Source: Chrysomallon squamiferum (Eukaryota > Animalia > Mollusca). From it: a stretch of 64,000 bases of DNA. The notes below the pieces were generated by a model that saw nothing but the letters and a program-made list of their open reading frames with translations, ran no database searches and was not told where the DNA came from. The stretch covers positions 42,098,001 to 42,162,000 of the forward strand of contig CM022665.1 of the NCBI GenBank assembly GCA_012295275.1, given 5' to 3'. Shown in pieces: positions 29,958 through 44,128 of this stretch. How positions within the stretch are numbered: position 1 is the first letter of the stretch; each line of letters begins with the position of its first letter. The position numbers and the translations under genes are program-made.

Positions 29958-30771
29958 TCAATTTAAATTTTAATTATATTTAATCATACTTTGATTAGAA
30001 CACAAAGAGTTTAAGATTCATTTTAATTTTGCAAATTATCTTATTAAAATTCACAAAGGAACGGATTTCTAGTTATAACAGACTTCAGCTATTTTCGATC
30101 ATTAAGTTAAACAGGATATACCTGATTACTGTGTTAAGATATTGCATCTTTATCCTGCAAAGGTAAGAATGCTGATTTGCAGCGAGGCTAGCCGAGCTAT
30201 TATGTACAGTGATTGCAGGATAAATTCTAATACTTATCCGCTGAAGGAAATGCTAATTTATCTTCCATTTATAATACTGATATTCATTTATATTTAATTA
30301 TATATGTCAGACATCTTGGAATCGGATAATGAGCAAATAAAAGTCTTTTTTTTATTTCATTTTTTTTTTTTTTTTTTTCACTCCGACAAAGTGTCTAACG
30401 CTTTAACTCTAATACTTTCTCGAGAATGCTACAAATGTCTGGATGTATAATTCTGTTTTTATCACATTTCCTTTTTCTTTAACATTCGCAAGATTCATTG
30501 CCTCGGAAATGCAAACAGAGGCTCAGTTCGAACAGATATTTTGTCTTACTTGGATAACTTTAACTGATGAAACTATTTAGCAGTTCGAATATAGAAAACG
30601 TTCAAACAATAATGAATGGACATATTTCATTATCTATAACTAGTTTATGGAAAATTATATTTCTTTATCTTTTTCTTTTATCTCTTTCTTAGTCTTTCTC
30701 TCACTCTTTCCCTCCACCATTTTATTTCTCTCTCCGTGCGTGTGTCCTCTCTATTTCTCTACACAAAGAAA

Positions 30772-30830
<59 letters not shown>

Positions 30831-32063
30831 ACACAATATAATCATAATTTATATCTCACAGCATATAAATTACAACCAGGGACTCGGACTTTTCGTTCAT
30901 AATTAGTCAGAGTGTAGAAGAATGTTTGGTGACCTATGTTAAGACGACAGTAATGATTTCAGAACAATCATGACTCGAAATTTAAATATCATTAACAAAC
31001 ACTATGTGGGGCTGACTGATACAAATAATTGTGAAATAAGCTTTGAACATATATAATGAACAGACTGAATATATTAATATTAATATGCAAATATTTTATT
31101 AAAACTATTAATGCATAAATTTCTAATTTGTTTTGAAATAAATTTGACAAAACTGTAATTTTTTTTTATTCTGTTGTTGTTGTTGTGGTTGTTTTGTTTG
31201 TTTTTTTCGTTTTTTCTTCTTGTAGGTTTTGGTGTCTGTTTCGTTTGTTTGTTTTTTGTGTTTTTGTTTTTTTTTGTTATTTCTTATCTTTTCTTTACTT
31301 TACTTTTATTATTTATTTATCTGTAAAGACAAAGATTATTGGATTCTCTGAAGAAATTATTCTTCAAAATTTTATATGTTAACAATATGAGTATAAAATA
31401 TATTATTATTATTATTATAACTTTTTGAAAGTTTATTTTTATTTTTGATTATTATTTCAGGGTGAAGACGGACACTGGGATCAGTGGAGTGATTTTACTC
31501 CTTGTTCCAGAACCTGTGGGGGTGGGGTGCAGTCACGCTCGAGAGGATGTATTCGCACAAAGTATGAAATAAAACAAGTTTCTCTACTTCTATTATTTAA
31601 AACATTATTATTTTAATTTTGACATTATTTAGGTATAAAAGATATTTACTGATATATGTACTTTGTTATTAATTTAAAAAAAAGTAATAATAATAAAATT
31701 ACTTTGAAGCATGCACAATTTATATATTTAGAATATATTTTCAAATCTTTACAATTACATTTTAATCATCAGTATCACTGTATACGATAAAAATTTATTC
31801 CACAATGATCACTGAATTATTATAGGAATCTTTAGTTTTTCGTTACTTTGTTTACGTGCTTCTTTTATTTTCCTTTCTTTTTTTTTTTTTTCAATTCAAA
31901 CTTATTCTGAATCTTAGTAATATTCACTGGTACAGAAAGATTTGTATATTAAACCATTTCATTTTAGTATTTATATTTTAGGGTGTTTTGTATGTCTTTA
32001 TCATCATCATCATCATCGCCATCATCATCATTATTATCATTATTATTATTATTATTGTTGTTG

Positions 32064-32095
<32 letters not shown>

Positions 32096-32333
32096 GGTGT
32101 TATTAATTTCTTTTAAATATATTTTACTGAAGATTTCGATTACTTTTAGCAGTCTCTTGTTAAATAAGTTTGCCAGTGATCTGCTCAAATTGTGTAACTC
32201 GTGCTGTTTTATTGATATTGTATTTCTATCTTTCAGTTCACATGGAAATGGGTGTTCGGGTCCAGCTATAAAATACTCATCATGTAACACACAGGTAAAT
32301 TAACACACGTATATCGCATCTGAGACTATATAT

Positions 32334-32375
<42 letters not shown>

Positions 32376-33778
32376 CTGATTTTTTCTGTACATTGCTCGT
32401 AAATAAATGTTTGGTAACTGTGAATAAGTGCACTAATAAACAAAACCTAAAGCACTTAAGTCATTCTTTTTTTTTTCTCTTTTTTTTTATATATATATAT
32501 ATATATATAATTTTAGTTGAATTATATTTAGTTATGCATACACATACACCCTCTATGACTGGACTTGCATAAGTCTTAAATCTCCGACTTTAAGGCATGT
32601 TACACTAAATGTTTACTTTTAAATAAAGGAGAAAGGTGTTTTTTTCTGTTTTTATGAGATAAAATTGTTATTGTAGTCTTTAAACTATGCAGCTCAGAAA
32701 AAGGAATAGTTTTTCTCTGATATTTTCAAATTAATTTTCTTTTAATATTATCTACTAATAACCACCAATACGCTAAAAACGCTTGATCATAAAAACTTTA
32801 TATTAAATTTACTCAGTCTGTTAGGTTTTCTACATTTCTTAGTCCAAAGAGAAATATAATTTATTATTAGCAAAGGATGGTAGCTATTTCAAATAAAACG
32901 AAATTATCACTGTTATTTTCTGGATTTCAGGTGTGTCCAGAAAGTTCAGATTTCCGACAAGAACAATGTGGAGAATTTAATGGGTCAAAAATTTCAGTGA
33001 ACAGCCATTTTGAAATTCACGACTGGGTTCCTCATTTTGGTGAGTTTTTATTAGACTGGTTTATATATATATATATATAAAATTACGTTAATCTGTTTAA
33101 TAAATTAAGTAGGAAATTTTCAAATTACGTCAATCTGTTTAATACATTATATACTGTACTAAATTTATTTTGATTATTTTGTTAATTTTGTTTTTTAAAT
33201 GAAAGTATTATTTTTCTTATTATTTTTTTTTTTTTTTTTTTGTTGTTTCTTTCTCTTTATTTTTCTTTTAATAATAAAACATAATAACAATAAAAATAAC
33301 AATAACAATAATAATAATAATAATAATAATTGTAATTTCTAATGAAGCTTCTACAGTAAAAAAATGATATAATAGATTTAACCATAATCATCTGTCAGCA
33401 TATAAAATTTTAAATACAAATCAACAAATATGACGTATATATATATATAATTTGAAAACAAGCGTTACGTATTTTCAGACGAAAATAACCGATGTTCACT
33501 GAAGTGCAGAGCTGTGGGGACGAGCCTGGTAAAAGAACTACGTGAAAAGGTCGTTGACGGAACGCAATGTGACTCGCCTGACAGTTTTGGAATCTGTGTG
33601 GCTGGTGTTTGTCAGGTGAGAATCACCTGTCATGTCACCTTTTACTATCAGTTTCAAACTAATTTCAAATATCTCTATCCCGTTCCAACCAGAGACTCCT
33701 AACAGCCTTATCAAATGCTGTGATGTGCTCTTTGTTGTGTGAGATGGGGTGAGAGATGTTTGGTTTAGATTAAATGTA

Positions 33779-33820
<42 letters not shown>

Positions 33821-34618
33821 CTATTACAACCTGTTTTACTGGGTTCTGTTGGATTCTGTATAGAAAGTATAAATATTTTACTTGACCTATTCATTTTCGT
33901 AAATAAGCTATTTATATTTTAACTGTGACACTTCCTGTAAAATTCGTTCATCCCAGTGACCTATTGGAATTAATTATCTGGGAGTCGGCCCACAAAATTG
34001 CAATAAATGTTCCAAAATAGAATTAAATGTTGTTGGTATTTATGTTTATAACGTGACATTGAAATTATTCTTCTTGATAAATTGTCATAAAAAATGTCAG
34101 GTATGTATTTTCTAAAGCAAAGTCGGTTTTATTATTATTATTATTATTATTTTATTGTTTTTATTTATTTTTTTATTTTATTTTTTTTTAAAGTAATTAT
34201 ATTAAAAATATTATCATCCTTAACTACTAAAACTGCAAACTCAAAACAAAAATGTAATATGTGTTTCTAATGATAAAAACAAAGCTTCTAAATATATCCT
34301 GCATACTTCCTAATTGTATTTTATTTATTTATTTTTTTATTTTTTTATTTATTGTACCATCCAGTCTTAATTAATAATGATCTTTCTGGTAAGGATGACG
34401 TCACTGTGTACAAGAAACAGTCTCATAAGTTTCTTCTAGTGTCTTGAGATAAAAATACATGTCTGTCGCTATGACATCACGGGTCCAGTTATGAAGAAGT
34501 AAAACGACCTCATTCAAATATTTTGTAATAATAGTATTTTATTGTGATACTTTGTTATTACCAATGACAGATTTGCATCAAACCATAAAATAATATGGAT
34601 GAATAAAGAATTTTAAAA

Positions 34619-34670
<52 letters not shown>

Positions 34671-34893
34671 AATAATCATTCGTATCGCTATAGGTACACT
34701 TTAAATAAACTTCCTTATTTATTTACTTATTTATTTATTTATTTGTTTGTTTGTTTGTTTGTTTGTTTGTTTGTTTAAATGTCAATACATCGAAATAATT
34801 AACTTTAAAAATAACACAAAATGTGGGGGAAATCAACACAGATAAATAGTATAATATTCCAATAGATAAAGATGATATTAAATTAAATATTTA

Positions 34894-34939
<46 letters not shown>

Positions 34940-36039
34940 TTCGTTATGTTTAGCCACCTGGATATGTATTATAACAAATATTAAAAATAATAAGAAGAAA
35001 AATAATAATAATAATTTTTGTTACTTATTTTTCAGACAGTTAGCTAAATTAATTTTTTGTTATTTTGACTGGGTATTACATTAAATATTAAAAATAAAGA
35101 AAAAATATTTTTTTTTTTTTTTGTGTTTATTTTTCAGCCAGTTAACTGTGTATTATATCAAATATTAAAAATAAATTTAAAAAAAAAATGTTTTGTTATT
35201 TATTTTTCAGCCAGTTGGCTGTGATCGGGTGATTGGTTCTTCCACACAGGAAGATAAATGTCGTGTTTGTGGAGGTGACGGAAGTGCCTGTAAAACTCAC
35301 TCGGGAGACTTCAACGATCAGAACCTAAAAGTAGGTGGGTGTTTGAACTCCAAAAATAATCTCAGTTATAATAATAATAATAATAAACTTTAAAAAAAAA
35401 TTTTTTTTTACGAAAATTTCATTATTTATACACATAGCATGAGTCATGGTAATTAGTAGCGAAGTTTTAATACCGATATCGTCGCTATTTCTTTTCTTTT
35501 TACTTCTTTTTTAATATTATATATTTTTTGATATGTTGAATTATTATTTTATTACTGTTAAAAAATGAATGAATCATTTAAAAAATTAGTAAAAACAGTA
35601 ACAACAATAAATATTTCCTAAAGTTACATAAATAATGTCAGAATTATATTTGAATATACTATATGAAACTAATTTATTTATTTATTATTTGAATTTAATT
35701 TACTTAACAACGTGTATTTCAGTGTATTTTACTGTCTTTAACAAACAAAAACATCTTGCAGGTTACCACGAGTTTTTAACGATTCCGCAAGGGGCGACTA
35801 CCATTGTTGTCGAAGAAACAGCAGAAAGCATCAACTATTTTGGTGAGTTTACAGTACACGAACAACAAAATACAGTAGCACATTGTTTTCTTCAAGCCAA
35901 ATGATATTATTTTTGGAAAATAAACTGTACAAACACATTGATATAACTGAATTATTTGTGTGCAAAAATACCAGCATCAGCAGTATATCAGACAGTAAGT
36001 TTTATATTTATTAAAGATATCTTTCTGAGTTCATATTAA

Positions 36040-36075
<36 letters not shown>

Positions 36076-37181
36076 TTTTATTTTATTTTATTTTATTTTA
36101 TGTTAATTCTATAAGAAATAAATAACAAGAGTGCTAAGAACTATTAAGATAACTGAATGGTTCATTAAACTTTCTTAGTAAAGAACATTTCTCATATTTC
36201 CTTTTTTCATCTTTATTTTTGTCTTCATACTTCAACAACCACTGCTAATACTATCATCATCATCTTCATTTTTATTTTTTATTTTTTTAACATCAAATAA
36301 TTTCCTTTCTTTTTTCTTTTCTTCATCTTTTGTGTTTTTTTAATTCTTTTTTTTTTTTTTTTTTTTTAGCCACAAAACAAAATTTCTTTTTAATGTATTT
36401 AAGAGTTTTAGTTCTGTTTTAAACTGTATTTAGCTGTGAAAACTAAAGGAGGACATTATCATCTGAATGGAGGGCGAGACAGCACAGGACAGAAGGAGTT
36501 TGCTGGGACAGTGTTCAAGTACATGAATGACAAGTCAAACGATGAGCATCTTGAAACCATCACAGCCAGAGGACCAATCAACGAAACTCTTGTTTTTGTG
36601 GTAATAACACACACATAGATAGATAAATAAATAAATAAATAAATAAATCATTAAATAGTAAATATATAAATCATTAAGTAATAAATATATAAATCATTAA
36701 ATAATAAATATATAAATAAAATATTAAAATATATAGATATATAAATAAATAAATAGATATATAAATGAAAAAATAAAATAATTAGATAAATAACAAATCA
36801 ATCAATCAAAATAATTAAATAAATAAAAAAATTAGATAAGTAACTAAAGAAAGAGAAACAAAGAAACAAAAAAGCAAACAAATAAAAAATAAAACAACCA
36901 AAATCCCCCCACTCAAACAAATAAATAAATAAATGATCACAACAACAACAACAGCAGTTAAATCAACAGAACATTAATGTAAAAATCAAGTTCTGGCTGT
37001 AACATCACATAGCTCATTTTGAAAAATAAAATAAAATGTGTTCGTCTGTGTGTATTATATTATAGGGAATGTTCTTTAACTAATGCCAGAACAAAAAGAT
37101 CAGCAAAATCCACATTAATTTTACTCCTTAAGTCTGCAGTATTTTGTTTAATTTAATTTTAGTACTTGGAAACCATTTTTA

Positions 37182-37212
<31 letters not shown>

Positions 37213-40200
37213 TCTTAATGTAAGATCTGTCTTGATAAGAAATATCTGCTTTAACAATAACATTTAATTTTTCAAAACTTTAGCTACTGTGTACAAATTG
37301 TATCTCTTTTTAATTCAGTTGGCTACAAGAGATGGGAAAGCAGGAGTCCATTATGAATACTCCATGCCACAGACAATTTTACTAAAAGCCTCTCCATCAG
37401 ACAAATACACCTGGGTGTACGGACGATGGACACGATGCTCTCAGGAATGTGGAACAGGTAAATACACTCACTTTGTATTTAAATTTACTCTTATTAATTG
37501 CAAAATGTTAAAAAATAATAATAATAAAAAAATTAAATAAAAAATAAAAGTAAAGAAAGTTAGTATTTTGTCTTTTTTTATTTATTTTTTGTTTTATTTA
37601 TTTATATATTTTTTTTTTTTTGTGGTTTCTGTCAATACATTGTTCATTGTAACAAAATATTTCACAAATCTTTTTGTCTCTTTTCCTTTATTAATTAATA
37701 CATAATGATTTTTGTTTTATTCAAAAACATTCCAATATTTATATTGTAAATTATTATTCAAGAAAGATGGTTTTATCAGTTATAAAGATACAATACATTT
37801 GTCATTTGTCATTAAATATGCTGCTTCACAGACTATTTTTTTAAAAATACTTTCTTTTTTAAACTGAATCAAATGACTAACTCCTATGACCAATAAAAAA
37901 CAAAATTAAAAACAAAACTAAAAACAAAATCATTACAGAGATTACAGACATACAAATGAATAAATAAATAAACAAATTTTGATTAATATTTTTCAATACC
38001 CATGAAAAAAAAAAAAAAAAAAAAAATTAAATTTAAAATTAATAACAAAAGCTGTAAACCCTAAAAAGAATTACAGACATATAAATAAATAAAATAAAAT
38101 AAATAAATAACTTTTTATTAACATTATTTATCATTATACTGATTTCATACACATCTACGTAATATGTAGAAGAAATAAATAATCTTTATAATGGTCTCAT
38201 ATTGCAGGCTACCAACTGCGAGCTGTCTCGTGTATTGACAGAGAAACTGGTAAAGCTGTGTCAGAGAGACTGTGTCCAGTCAGAGAAAAACCAATGAAGA
38301 ATCAAACTTGCTTTAATGGTCCCTGTGCCAAAGACAGAACAAATGGATACAGGTATACTGATAAATTACGGTTTTAAATGTGATAATAAAAATAATAAGA
38401 ATGTTAAGATGACGATAATGATGATGATAATAATAGATGTAATAGTAGTAGTAGTAGTAGTAGCAGTAGTAGTAGCTGTAGCAATACTAACAGTTGTACA
38501 ATAATAATAATAATATGATAAATGTACAAATAGTAGAAGTAAAAGTAGTATAGGTAGTATCATTGTAGTAGAACTAGTAGTAATAATAATGTAATAGCAG
38601 CAGTAGTAGTGGCAGTTACAGTAGCAATAGCTGCAATTGTTTTAGTTATTAATAACCAACAGCAGTGATGGTGTACAAATAGTTACAATTTTATATTCTG
38701 CATCTTTTATGCATTAATTACAATTCATAAGAGATTAACAGAAATTACTCTACTTTATATTAATGTTATTAGCATTAAAATATTTTATTTAAAAACTTTT
38801 ATTTTTATTATTTATTAATAAATTTTGTTAAAGATTGTCTTTTATTTTTCTGAAGGTATCATATTTGGGGATTTTGTTATTTTATCAACATTAAAATATT
38901 TATTTTTAAAACTATTTATTATTTATTCATGATATTTGTTAAAGGTTGTATGTTATTTTTCTGAACTGTGTCATATTTTTTGTATTTTGTTTTTATTTTG
39001 TTATTTTGTTTATGGGAGTGGAATATTAATCTAGTTTTTTTCAATTTTTTGTTGTTGTTGTTGTTTAATTTTAATACTGTGTACATGCTTACTTGTGTTT
39101 CAGCTGGGTTCTAGGCCACTGGGGAGAGTGTTCTGTGACTTGTGGGGTGGGAGAACAGATACAGCTGGCTTACTGTCAGGAGAAGGGCACTATGGGACAG
39201 ACCATCTACGTATCTGATGACATCTGTGTACGATATCTCCACCCAAAACCTCAGTACAAGAGAGCGTGTGAAGAAACCAGTGGATGTCCTCACTGGGCCA
39301 CCAGTCCATGGAGTGAGGTATAATAATAGTAATAGTAATAGTAATAATAGTAATAATAATAATAATCATAATAATAATAATAATAATAATGATGATGACA
39401 ACAGCAATAATGATGGTAATGATAACAACAACAGCAGCAATAACGATAATAATAATAATAGTAGTAGTAGTACTAGTAATAGTAAAAATAATGGTAACAA
39501 TTAAGACAACAATAATATTAATAATAGAATTAATAGTAGCAGTAGTAATAATAATGATAGTAGCATCAGATTTTAATCAACGTCTTTTGTAACAGAATTA
39601 CTGAAAATTAATCTTAAAATAATTTCAGTTACACTGCATTCTGGACAAGTAATAAATGTACTGTTTTTTAGTTTTTGTGTATTCTTTTTTTTTTTTTTTT
39701 TTTTGTACTCCAAAAAATTAGACTTCATTCTTTTACAATTTATTATCTCAAAAATAAATTTGTTTTATAGGATGCAATTACTTTCATAATTAAAAAAACA
39801 TTTTGTATGTAAGTCTTGTTACTGTACACCATTACTGTATTTCACATAAGTTTTTATACCCACCAATCTCTCCCAGAGGCAAAATGTACAGATAGACTGA
39901 GTCAGTAAAAAAATATACAGATAGATTGAGTCAATAAAAAAACTACTATCAATAACAGTAATTAAATATATATATTACTAAACATTTATACTCATTAATA
40001 ATCAGATATTTATGTTAATCATAAATATCCCTTTATTAAAATAATTTAATTATATAATTAAAAAATATATTTTAACTAGCTAAAATAATTAATAATTAAA
40101 AATTGTGTTGTTTTACTCCACAGTGCAATGTGACTTGTGGGTATGGTTACCAGACTCGCAGAGTCTACTGCCAGCAAGATGCAGATTCTCCTAATGATGT

Positions 40201-43200
40201 CCCGTTTGTGCTGGAAGATGAAAGATGCAGTAACACTGAGAAACCTAAGGAACTGAAGGTGTGTCATCTGAGCAGGTGTCCTGATGGGAGCAACTCCGAA
40301 ATTAATCCCGATGAGGTGAGATATTGAAAAAAAATCAATTTTTTTAAAAAGATTTATTTTCTAAGAAAGACAACTCCTGCAGTCCACAAATTTTTTTTGG
40401 CTTTGCTTCTTGTTTTCTTGTTTGTAGCACTTTATTATTTATAGTGTTTGTTTTTTAAAATATGAATATTTTTGATAGTAAGAATACTTTTATTTTTAAT
40501 TTTAAGAATGATTTGATGGTAAGAATTGTTTTATATTAAAAAATATGATTATTTTTTATAAAAATAATTTTTTTAATTTTCACAGAAAAAATAGTTTTAT
40601 TTTGTGATTACATGAATATTTTTGATAGTAAAACAGTCTTTAAAAATAATGAAAATTATTTTTTCTTTATGACTATTTTGATAGAAGGAATTGTTTTATT
40701 TCTAAAGATATGATAAATATTTTATTATAAGAATATTTTTAATTATAATTGTTTCATTTTTTAAGATATGAATATTTTTGTTAATGAAAATTTTTATTTT
40801 AAAGAGATGAACTTTTTTCATAATAATTAAACCATTTTATCATTAAAACTATGAATATTCTGATAATGAAAAATGATTTTTCTTTAAAGATGTGAACATT
40901 CTGATAATAAAAATTGTTTTAATATTTTTAAAGATATGAATGATAGTAAAGTAAATATTATTATTTTTATGGAAGGACATTACTTTTTTTTATATGATTA
41001 GTATTAGATTTAATTGCTTTTGTTTTTATTTTAATTACTAGCTATTGTTGTTATAAACATACTGAATATATTTCATGTTCATTTCTGGTACATTATGTAA
41101 AACTGGGAATTGTTTTGTATTTAAACATGAATGAATTATAATGATATTTTTTTTTATTTATTTATTCATTTATTTATTTATTTATTTATTTTTTTTTTTA
41201 AAGAATTATAATATTATATATACATATATATATTATTTTTAAAAAAAATTCTGTCTAGAGCCACTATGCATTCATTAAACATATATTTTGTAAGCAATCA
41301 CAAACAAACATATATTAATAATTAACAAGAGCATTTACTGTTAATACAAGCAAACCAAGAGACCAGTTCATAATAAAAAGAATGATTTAAAAAAAAAAAA
41401 AAAAAAATATTTGCCCTTCACTATATCTTAATAGCTGTTTCATTCACAGAGAACAAAAAAACCTCAAGTAGTAATGGTAAGACTGGAGTTTTGTTTTTAA
41501 CTGGTGACCATTCTTAGATAGACTTCTTGTGTCTTCATGCATATTCATTTCTGAGTTGTCACAGTCACTCTAATACATGCTGAACTATTAATGACATATA
41601 CACAGTTTTTTTAGATTGGTTGATAACACCTCTAGATTTGAAAAAAGACTGCTTTGTTTTAACCTTGTATTTATTTTGGTTTGTGATCTGCACTGCCATT
41701 TAGCTTTGTTTTTTGACATTTCTGTACAACTAACTGAAACTTAGAGCTTTTATCTTTATCTTGGTTTTCAAAACCACTGCTAGAAGGAAACAGTATTTTC
41801 TAGTTTTTTAATTTATAAAATAGATAGCTAATAGTATTTACTTTCACTGTTGAATATTTAATTTAGTTTATTAAAGATAATATAGTGAATAAAGGATAAT
41901 AAAATTAAAACTTTTATTTTCAGTTTTAGTCAAATTAATAGTAATACTTTTTTTAAAATCTTCTTTAAGACAGACTTCACTTTTTTTATTTCGTTGAATT
42001 TTATTTTATTTTATTATGTTTTATTATCACAACTGATATTTAATAACTTAATTTTTTATCTTTTAACATTTATTCATTTATTCTAAATTATTTTTTTGAC
42101 TTTTTCTTTTTTTTTCTATTTGTAATACATTTTGATGCATTAAAAAAAAATTCAAATCATTCTATTTTATGAAATTGTTGAAAATACTGCACTGTTCTTT
42201 GTTTACAACTATTTACCTTTTTTTTTTTTTTTTTTTTTTTTTGTATTTTTTGGATAAATATAAACTAATGTATAGCACAAATAAACATGAAAAAATAAAA
42301 AAAATAAAAATAGTAAAATGCAGTTTTAACTAACAATGCATATGAAACACATATTAATGCAGTATGCAGCATGACATATCTGTGTTTATTGCACCCACTC
42401 ACCTGGCTGAATAGTACTTGAAAATGTAATGCATTAGCACAGACCTAGCTAAACTGTATGTGAAAATTTAGTATCTTTACAAATGAAGAATGTAGTATAC
42501 CAAGTTAAAATGAAACAGGTGAAAGACAATTGTTACACTTTGCATGTAAAGTTTGGTTTACTAACAATAGGAAATGTAGAATTAAACATTACCCAATATT
42601 TCGTTAATTATGTTACTTAAGTAATGGTTATATTTTCACAGAATAAGATTTTTTAAATTATTATTATTGTTATTATAAATTTTAATATTTCTTTCATTTT
42701 TTTGTTTTTTTTTTTGTTCCTGAATTTTTCTTTCATTTAAAAATTTCAAAGTAAATTTTAATTAAAACATTTTTTTCATTTACAAATCCATTATTGTTAA
42801 ATAGGAGAGAGAGAGAAAATAACAATTGTTAATTATAACTTAGTACGTTATTATCAAAATAATATATTCCCCACCTGTTCCTTGGAATTTAATTAATATT
42901 GAATGATGATAATATTAAAACTGTATACTTTTTTTTTAATTCTTTTTTTTATACAGAACTTGATGTTTTTATATTCAAAGTATTAGAAATCATTATGCAT
43001 AATAGATTTTAAAATGACAAAATTTTTCTTACATAAGGAAATAAAGCATCTGTTTTGATAATGTTTGTGAAAATTCATCAATAGCATAAACAGGGCTATA
43101 TAAATGTATATTATTATTATTTGTATAATATCATAGTAGTAATTATACTGTCATTTTCATCATCATTATTAAATTATTTTATAATCATCATCACCATTAT

Positions 43201-44075
43201 TGAATTATTATTAACATAATAATCATCATTATCATTATTAAATTACTGCTACTACTACTGTTCTGTTCTGTAGTGCAGTTACAGGTATCTAATCACACCA
43301 ATATATTACTGCAGTATGGTCAGCTCAGTGTTGAATCTTATCTTTTTGGCTTTTGCCTTTAGCCTCTATCATCTCACAGTGTCAGTTTTATGTTTTTGGT
43401 CTGGACATCTGTTTTATTATCTGACCTGTTTCTTTTAATAATGGAATTGTGTTTTTATTAATTAATGTGTTTAAAAGCCTCAGTATTTACTGATATTTTT
43501 AACAGAATATTTCAGTTGTAGATAACATCCTCATTATGATGATGATCATCATCATCATAATGCATTAATGTTTTCTTTATTAGAAAAAATGATATGTTGA
43601 TAACTCATTCTTCTTTCTTTTTCATTTTCCCTTTTCCCTTTCTTCTCTCTCTCTCTCTCTTTTCTTTCTCTCTCTTTTCTCTCTTTTTTCTCTTTAATAA
43701 CAATTTTCATTTGTTGAGGAGTTACATATTCCATAACAAAATAATTGTACTTTCAAATTTAACGTATCACAACTTTTTGTTATTTATATTATTTCTCAGT
43801 AATCTTCTTTAATTGACTATTCTAGATTAGATTCGCAGATGCTAATTGTTCCAGTGAAAAAAAAACAAACATCAGCTCAAAAAGAAATCTAATAAACGTA
43901 AAATATAGAATATCAGAGTTACTGTGCCCTCTCTGGAGTTCCATTTAGTCGATATTTTTTTGAGTTCATTGTTCTCTAATCTGCTTTATTTATCACGATG
44001 ATGACTTTAACTGTAGTCTCAGTAGATTTCTGACTTCAGTACAAAACTATGGTGTTCCATGATTAAAGAACAAAT

Positions 44076-44128
<53 letters not shown>

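Noticed and set aside
30115-30162. 48-nt phase 0-0 cassette exon ([16 protein letters not shown]) with strong AAG|GTAAGA donor
   Set aside because: The acceptor lacks a pyrimidine tract, and inclusion would destroy the signal cleavage site and add an unpaired Cys.
43274-43284. ttctgtag|TGCAGTTACAG|GTATCT micro-exon
   Set aside because: Weak donor; 11 nt shifts frame and the 6-nt alternative has no other support.
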